Below are positions 58,131 to 64,000 of a stretch of DNA of 64,000 nt, in pieces. A model generated the notes under the pieces. It was not told the origin of the DNA. It was given only the letters and a program-made list of their open reading frames with translations, and searched no databases. Origin of the DNA: an uncultured delta proteobacterium (GTDB lineage Bacteria > Myxococcota_A > Polyangia > Polyangiales > Polyangiaceae); NCBI GenBank assembly GCA_963841435.1, contig CAWJCS010000005.1:416001-480000 (forward strand), given 5' to 3'. The position numbers and the translations under genes were made by a program. Numbering within the stretch: position 1 is the stretch's first letter; each line of letters begins with the position of its first letter.

Positions 58131-59220
58131 GGGTCACCTGCGCTGCCAGCTTCTCCGCCTCCTGCTTTCTGAATCCCGAAGGGAACCTCGCGAGGTACGA
58201 GCGGGCGGCGCGCACGGCCTGCTCCGTGCGTCCGGCGCGCGCGAGCGCCACCATCGTGAGGTACGCGGCATCCTCGCCGCGCCGATCGTGAGCGCACGCG
58301 CTCTGAAAGCGACCAAGCTCGCTGGCCGCGGTCGCGTAGCGACCTTGTGTGAAGGCGACCAGCCCCACGTCGAACGCATCGGCTTGCGCGCACGGCGCGC
58401 CCGGCTCGGGAAGGACGCCCGGGGCCCGGGGGCCCGGCGAAGCGCTCGCGTGGCCCCCTCGATCCCAGCTTTCGCCGGCGCCGAGCTCGATGGCGTCGAG
58501 CCCACTGAGCCTGAGGCTCACGCGCCCTTCCTCCACGCTCACGCGGTCCGTCCGTCCGTCGTTGACACGGACCACGAACACGGTCCCCACGTCCACGAGC
58601 TCGCCGTCCGGCAGCCGCACGACGACGCGCCCGTCCGCCGCGCGGTGCCGCACGGCGACGCGGAGCTGACCTGCGCGCAGCACGAGCGTCTCGCCGCCGG
58701 CCGTCGCCGAGCGCGACCAGTCGGCACCTCGACTCGGGTCCACTTCGACGCTGAGCGCCGCGAGCGGGGTCGGCCCCGGGGCTGACACCGCGCGATTGGG
58801 CGAACGCTTCGCGGGCGCCGCGGGCCCCGTGACCGCGACCGCGGGCTCGTGGCTCCGCTCCACGCCCGACAGCGCGTCGCGCGCGCGCTGCACCGCGCCC
58901 GTGCCGAGCATCAGCGCGGCGCTCGCCGCGAGCGCGAGGGTGACGGCCAGGGCGGCGACGCGCCGAGCCGCGGGGCGACGAGCGGGCTCGCTGCCGGCGG
59001 CAAACAGCAGGGCCTCGCGCTGACGGGCCACGTCGGCCGTGCTCGGCTCGTCGAGCGGCAGCGAGGCGAGCCCCGCGCGCAATGCTTCGAGCCGCCTCGC
59101 TTCACGCCCGCATGCCGGGCAGGCGCGCGCGTGCTCGACAAGCAGCGAGGCCTCGACCTCCGGCAGTCGGCCGTCGCGCATGAGCTCGATGTTGACGGTT
59201 TCGGGACACGACGGCGCCAT
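58117..59220 (-). CDS. FecR-domain anti-sigma factor with N-terminal zf-HC2 and C-terminal TPR
   Basis: HARACPAC, one TM, DVGTVF.V....V.V.EGRV, AARSYLARFPSG. Confidence 0.85.
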   Translation of the reverse strand: MAPSCPETVNIELMRDGRLPEVEASLLVEHARACPACGREARRLEALRAGLASLPLDEPSTADVARQREALLFAAGSEPARRPAARRVAALAVTLALAASAALMLGTGAVQRARDALSGVERSHEPAVAVTGPAAPAKRSPNRAVSAPGPTPLAALSVEVDPSRGADWSRSATAGGETLVLRAGQLRVAVRHRAADGRVVVRLPDGELVDVGTVFVVRVNDGRTDRVSVEEGRVSLRLSGLDAIELGAGESWDRGGHASASPGPRAPGVLPEPGAPCAQADAFDVGLVAFTQGRYATAASELGRFQSACAHDRRGEDAAYLTMVALARAGRTEQAVRAARSYLARFPSGFRKQEAEKLAAQVTHDKK

Positions 59221-59843
59221 CAGGAGTCCTCCTCGTGCGGCACCATCCCGGAGAGCTCGCGCCGGGCGTGATGCAGTCGCGTCCAGACCGTACCGATGGG
59301 GATGTCGAGCGCCTCGGCGATCTCCGCCCCGGAGAGCCCCTCGACTTCGGAGAGCAAGAGCACGGCCCGCTTCGCCTCGCTCAGCGCTGCAAGCGCCGAC
59401 TCGAGACGCCCGAGCTCCTCGCGGGCGGCGAGCGCCCCTTCGGGATCGGCCGTCGCCCCCCACGCCGACGGACGCAGAGTGCCAAGCAGCCTCGCTCGGC
59501 GGGCACTGCTCGCCCGCGCGCGCTTGGCCTGATTGGCCGCGACGCCGAAGAGCCATGCCCGCAGCGAGCGCGAGGGATTGAAGCTCGCGGCGGAGCGGTA
59601 AGCGGCGAGGAACGTCGCGTGCACGGCGTCGTCCGCGTCGGCGACGTTCGGCGAGAGGCGCACGAGGAAGCGCCGCACGTTCGCCTGGTAAAGGTCGTAC
59701 AGGCGCCCGAGCGCATCCATGTCACCCGCGGCGAGGCGGGCCATGAGCGCGCGATCCTCGTTGACCGACGGGCTCGCCGCCGGCGCCGACGGCGCATCCG
59801 ACGCGGGAGCGAACATCAGCGTCGGCGAAAGCTCCCCACCCAT
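59220..59843 (-). CDS. ECF RNA polymerase sigma factor
   Basis: DRALM..GD..AL..LY, DDAVHATF, RAWLFGVA.N, EGLSGAEIA..L.IPIGTVWTRLHHAR. Confidence 0.92.
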   Translation of the reverse strand: MGGELSPTLMFAPASDAPSAPAASPSVNEDRALMARLAAGDMDALGRLYDLYQANVRRFLVRLSPNVADADDAVHATFLAAYRSAASFNPSRSLRAWLFGVAANQAKRARASSARRARLLGTLRPSAWGATADPEGALAAREELGRLESALAALSEAKRAVLLLSEVEGLSGAEIAEALDIPIGTVWTRLHHARRELSGMVPHEEDS

Positions 59844-60991
59844 CACTTCGGACTCCACGCGACGCCGAGCGACGCGCCGAGGTCGTAGGCGGCGAGCTCC
59901 GGAACGGAGGCACGCGAGGCGCCAAAGCGGTAAAGCGTGCGGCCGCCGTCGAGCTCGAGGTAGGCGCGCAGGGGCCGCGCGAACGCCATCGAGAGGCGTG
60001 CGAACGCCCCAGCGTGGAGCGCGAAAGCCGTCGCCGACACCATCTCGGTCTGGGGCGCGGTGGGCGTGACGCCCCCCACGCCAGGGTCGTCGCCGTCCGG
60101 CTCGGTGTCCATTTCGGTGCTCGTCGGCGGAGGCGCAACGGGCGCCTGCGCGAAGTGCGTGCGATCGAGCATCACACCCGGCGCTTCGAGGCCGAGATCG
60201 AGGTCCATCGAGCCGATGCCGAAGCGATGGCCGACCTCCGGTGAAAGCGAGAAGCGCAATGCGCTCTGGATGGAGCTCGTGGAGTCGCCGCCTCCGAGGC
60301 TCGTGCCGGAAAGCCCGAGGCCGAAAAGCCAGCCTCCCGCGCGCAGATTCCCGAGCGCCGAAGCGCCCGGCCCACGCAGCGCGCCAATCGATCGCCCGGC
60401 GGCAGCGAGCCCGAGCTCGAAGCCCGCAGCCGACGAGGCGGCGAGCGCGAGAGGCGCTCGTTCCGAGCCGCGGGGCGAAACGCGCGGCAGAGGCTCGGGT
60501 GTGCGCGGCGGTCGGGGCGACGGAGCAGCAGCCGTCGCGGCATCGCCGGCCGGCGAGGGCTCGCTCACGGACCCGGCCGTTTCTGCGTCCGGCTCGCCGT
60601 TCGCGCCCGTCGAATTTCCCGGTGGCAAAGCTGAGGTCGCACCATCGCGCGCCGTCGGCGGCAGCACGAGCAGCGCGACGGCGGTCGCCCCGAGCTCCTG
60701 AGGCCGAGCGAGCTCGCGCACCGCCGAGCGACCATCGCCCGCGCGCACCCGCAGCGCGACCTTGCTGCTCTGCCTTGTGACTCGCAACACCGCGCATGCA
60801 TCCACGTCAGAGAGCTCCGCGACGCGCTGGCGTGCGGCCTCGGCTGCCTCCGACCATTCCGCGGAACGCGACAGTGACCCTTCGAGCACGATGCGCGGCC
60901 CGGTGCACCCGGGAGCGCGCTCGCGCGGCACCGCCCCTGCAGCGGCCGAGCCGAGCACGAGAGCGACCGACCACGCGGCACCACGGCGCAT
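59843..60991 (-). CDS. Hypothetical exported protein, probably with a C-terminal outer-membrane beta-barrel
   Basis: Signal peptide, Pro-rich linker, alternating beta strands ending LGASLGVAW; coupled to the ECF gene. Confidence 0.65.
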   Translation of the reverse strand: MRRGAAWSVALVLGSAAAGAVPRERAPGCTGPRIVLEGSLSRSAEWSEAAEAARQRVAELSDVDACAVLRVTRQSSKVALRVRAGDGRSAVRELARPQELGATAVALLVLPPTARDGATSALPPGNSTGANGEPDAETAGSVSEPSPAGDAATAAAPSPRPPRTPEPLPRVSPRGSERAPLALAASSAAGFELGLAAAGRSIGALRGPGASALGNLRAGGWLFGLGLSGTSLGGGDSTSSIQSALRFSLSPEVGHRFGIGSMDLDLGLEAPGVMLDRTHFAQAPVAPPPTSTEMDTEPDGDDPGVGGVTPTAPQTEMVSATAFALHAGAFARLSMAFARPLRAYLELDGGRTLYRFGASRASVPELAAYDLGASLGVAWSPK

Positions 60992-61045
60992 GCCTGCAGT
61001 CTAGCGCCGACACGGCTGATCGCTCGTAAGAGTTGACCCCTGGAT

Positions 61046-62069
61046 TCATGGCACCATGATCCGCCCGGGCGCATCCTCTGCACCGCTTTCGGTGTGGCAG
61101 GCGTTGCAGTCGCCACTCGTCTGCTCGGTTGACATCAGTCGCTCGAGGGTGCCGCGCACGACTTTCGCGCGGTACGGCAGCGCGACGGCAGTTCCACGCG
61201 GCTCGTAGAAAAAATTGCCGGCACCGTTGACGTTCGAGCGTGTAGGTCCGGTCGTTGGCGTCCAGGATCACGACCTTCACGTCTCCGGCGCTACCGTCGA
61301 GGCCATTGCAGTCCGTGGGCTCGTGCGCCGAAGGGTACGCGGTGCCGGCGAAGGCGAAGACCGGTCCTTCGCCCTGCTTCTTGTGGCAGTCGATGCAAGC
61401 CCCGCCCGGGTGCATGTTCGGCGACTCGGCGTCTCCGCGGGTCCAGTGCACCCCGCTCGAACAGGTGACGGGCGTGTCGTACGGGTTGACGACGGGGCCC
61501 GACCCGCCCGTCCCGGAGTCGCACGTCGCCGGCATTCCGGCGGCGACCCAGTCACCGAGCAGCTGTACTTCCTCGGGCGTCGCGGGCGTCGCCGGCTTCG
61601 GAGGCATCGGCCGCACGGGGTTTTGCATCCGGCCGAGCGACATCACGGCGTTCGTCTGCGCGGGATCCGTCGCGGAGGCCGCCGCGAGATCGTCGGCAGT
61701 GACGAGCTGCATGGGGACGTCGGTCGCCAGGGGGGTCGAGTGACAGCTCCAGCAGCGGTCGTGCAGCATCCGCTCGACGTCGCACCACATGCCGGTGCCC
61801 ATGATGTCGGTGCCGCCCACGCCGCCCTCGGCCGTGCTCGCCGTGCCACCGGAGCCCTGATCCGTGCCAGCGACGGCGCCCGACGACCCGCCCGATGCCG
61901 TGCCGGCCGTGACACCACCGATGCCGCTCTGTGCTGCAGTCGGAGCGCCGCCGGTCGGGTCACTGCCGCCAGCAGCAGCGCCACCCGGACCCGCCGTAAA
62001 GGCCCCGCCGATGTTGCCGGTGCATCCGCCGACCAGCACGGCCGCGGTCGCCACCAAACCGAATCGCAT
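61046..62069 (-). CDS. Tri-heme c-type cytochrome lipoprotein (one-base frameshift near 61235)
   Basis: LVGGC lipobox, Gly tether, CWSCH..MPP, CIDCH; after the frame change NVNGAGNFFYE..GDCNACH..APGRIMVP*. Confidence 0.82.
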
Positions 62070-62155
62070 ACACGGCTTCGCGCGGCCCCGAGCCGACCTT
62101 CACCGGGGCCCGCGCATTCGGCCCGCTGGCCGACTCACCTATCGCGGGCCCTCGG

Positions 62156-63556
62156 TCAGTTCCCGCTGGCCGCGCGCTGCTCGGGCGGGGGCTCGCTCCG
62201 GCTGCGGTGCGCCGCGCCGTACTCCTGGAGCTTGTACTGCACCTTGCGCACGCTGATGCCGAGGATCTCGGCGGCCTTGCTCGTCGAGCCGCCGACGGCC
62301 TCCATCGTCTTCAGGATGGCGTAGCGTTCGAGCTCGTCCATCGTCGCGCCGGGAATGGCAGGAACGCCGGGGCGCCGCGCTGCTGCACCGAGCTCGGGCG
62401 GCAAGTGCTGGACCAGGATCGAGTCGCCTTCGGCGAGCACGACGGCGCGCTCGATGACGTTCTCGAGCTCGCGCACGTTGCCGGGCCACGTGTAGCTGGC
62501 GATCAGCGTCAGGGCCTCGTCGCCAATCGTCTTGACGGGCTTGTCGTTCTCCTTCGCGTAGTGGCGGAGAAAGTGCATCGCCAGCGCGGGCACGTCCGAG
62601 GGGCGCTGGCGCAGGGACGGCAGGGTGAGGTTGATGACGTTCAGGCGATAATACAGGTCCTCGCGGAACTTGCCCGCCGCCACCATTTCCTTGAGATCGC
62701 GGTTCGTGGCAGCAATCACGCGCACGTCGACCTGGATCGTCTGACTGCCGCCCACACGCTCGAACTCGCGCTCCTGAAGCACGCGCAGGAGCTTGACCTG
62801 GGTTGCCAGGGAAATTTCGCCGATTTCGTCGAGGAACAGCGTGCCTCCGTTGGCGTGCTCGAAGCGTCCTTCGCGCTTCCGGTCGGCCCCGGTATACGCA
62901 CCGCGCTCGTGGCCGAACAGCTCGCTCTCGAGCAGGCTCTCTGCCAGCGCTGCGCAGTGCAGCCGCACGAACGGACCCGCGGCGCGCGGCGAATGGTGGT
63001 GGATCGCTGCGGCGACCAGCTCCTTGCCGGTGCCGGATTCGCCCGTCAAAAGCACGGTTGCCCGGCTTGGCGCCACCTGGGATATCGACTTGAACACGCG
63101 CTGCATCTCGGGCGAGGTGCCGACGATGTTGTCGAACGAGTAGCGGTCACGAAGCTGCGATCTCAGATCCTTCGCTTCGCGCCGGAGCTTGGCGCGCTCG
63201 ATGCAGCGCTCGAGCACGATCGAAAGCTCGTCGATGTTCAAGGGCTTGGTGAGGTAGTCCTCGGCGCCATCACGCATGGCCGCGACGGCCGTCTCGACGC
63301 CGCCGAACGCGGTCATCAAAACGACCGGGAGCTCCGTGTCCTGCTCCTTCACCTTTCGGAGCAGCTCGACACCGTCGATGCCCGGCATGTTGAGATCGGT
63401 GAGGACGGTATCCGGACCAAATTCGGCAAGGCGCCCGAGTGCCTTGAAACCGTCGCCGACCGCCTCGACCGTGTAGCCCTCGCCGCGCAGGATCTCGGCG
63501 AGCGAAGAACGCGCGCCCACCTCGTCGTCGACAATGAGGATTTTTCCCTTGCTCAT
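62156..63556 (-). CDS. sigma54-dependent response regulator (NtrC/AtoC-type enhancer-binding protein)
   Basis: REC domain (VDDE, TDLNMP, KP), [30 protein letters not shown], Fis-type HTH. Confidence 0.96.
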   Translation of the reverse strand: MSKGKILIVDDEVGARSSLAEILRGEGYTVEAVGDGFKALGRLAEFGPDTVLTDLNMPGIDGVELLRKVKEQDTELPVVLMTAFGGVETAVAAMRDGAEDYLTKPLNIDELSIVLERCIERAKLRREAKDLRSQLRDRYSFDNIVGTSPEMQRVFKSISQVAPSRATVLLTGESGTGKELVAAAIHHHSPRAAGPFVRLHCAALAESLLESELFGHERGAYTGADRKREGRFEHANGGTLFLDEIGEISLATQVKLLRVLQEREFERVGGSQTIQVDVRVIAATNRDLKEMVAAGKFREDLYYRLNVINLTLPSLRQRPSDVPALAMHFLRHYAKENDKPVKTIGDEALTLIASYTWPGNVRELENVIERAVVLAEGDSILVQHLPPELGAAARRPGVPAIPGATMDELERYAILKTMEAVGGSTSKAAEILGISVRKVQYKLQEYGAAHRSRSEPPPEQRAASGN

Positions 63557-63600
63557 GGCTCTCGCTCCCGTTGGGGACCTGATGACTCAGCCAAGGTACG

Positions 63601-63616
63601 AGCGAAAATCGTGCCG
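63601..63616 (-). promoter_or_regulatory. Possible sigma54 promoter of the enhancer-binding protein gene (autoregulation)
   Basis: Minus strand CGGCACGATTTTCGCT. Confidence 0.6.
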
Positions 63617-63816
63617 TCCACCCCCAAGGGCGACGTTCTTGCAAAAGATTCTTTTAAATCCGGATGCTTACGATGTCCTTCTCGGGAGAGAGTGCATGCA
63701 GAATTTGCGCAACTCGCCTCACGCGTTGGGCTTTTGGCGCAGGACATGCGCGCGTTTTCGGGCAGGCTCGCGGTCACGTCGTTCGGCTTGTGACCCCCGC
63801 CCCCTCCGGGCTCAGA

Positions 63817-64000
63817 ATGCCGCCCATGCCCGACCGATCGACCACCGTTGGCGACGTGATGACGAAGGAAGTCGTCACGCTCGACCGCAACGAGAAGCTC
63901 CAGATTGCCGACGACGTGATGCGCCTCGGCCGGATCCGCCATCTGCCCATCGTGGACTCGGACGGGAGCCTCGCCGGGCTCGTGAGCCAGCGTGACCTTT
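63817..64000 (+). CDS. CBS-domain protein, 3'-truncated by the window edge
   Basis: MPDRSTTVGDVMTKEVVTL..IRHLPIVD..LAGLVSQRDL (not in the ORF track). Confidence 0.88.
   Translation, partial: MPPMPDRSTTVGDVMTKEVVTLDRNEKLQIADDVMRLGRIRHLPIVDSDGSLAGLVSQRDL

Noticed and set aside
62880-62910. GAYTGA instead of GAFTGA as evidence of a sigma54-independent regulator
   Set aside because: F-to-Y is a conservative variant seen in sigma54 activators, and all other AAA+ motifs are intact.
63735-63750. sigma54 promoter TGGCGCAGGACATGCG for the terminal CBS gene
   Set aside because: Weak match and very close to the putative enhancer; could equally be a second activator half-site.
1-64000. tRNA, rRNA, transposase, integrase or prophage genes
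   Set aside because: No such motifs were recognised by eye; a covariance-model scan would be needed to exclude small RNAs.

Overview
High-GC bacterial window whose gene content points to a myxobacterium, probably Polyangiaceae-like (inference from DUF1592/DUF1552 pairs, a Myxococcus Cys-rich repeat protein, an ECF/FecR-TPR cassette and Gly-rich lipoprotein tethers). I saw no rRNA, tRNA, CRISPR array or mobile element. From left to right: the C-terminus of a G1 glutamic peptidase; a sigma54-type cupredoxin-tolC-cusB-cusA copper/silver efflux operon (cusA heavily frameshifted and carrying unusual insertions); a membrane Ser/Thr kinase; three DUF1552 and two DUF1592 genes; a DsrE-PNPOx-TetR operon with a clear sigma70 promoter and operator. 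Next comes a candidate peptide/protein-modification locus: a PlpX/splicease-like radical SAM-SPASM enzyme translationally coupled to a Zn-ribbon/lipoprotein-like Gly-rich protein whose four tyrosines all sit in P-x-Y-G motifs, facing a Gly-repeat lipoprotein and a methyltransferase. After assorted envelope and regulatory genes, a ~25 kb block (39-64 kb) carries USP, CBS, GH57, PFK, PFOR, acetyl-CoA hydrolase and ABC-exporter genes. Many of their promoters are sigma54 -24/-12 elements preceded by a recurring, roughly helically phased NGCA-N5-TGCG palindrome, and a sigma54 activator lies at the right end. Many genes appear leaderless (GCTAnnnT-N6-8-start). Scattered single-base frameshifts suggest long-read indel errors. 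All family calls come from manual motif recognition, not database searches.
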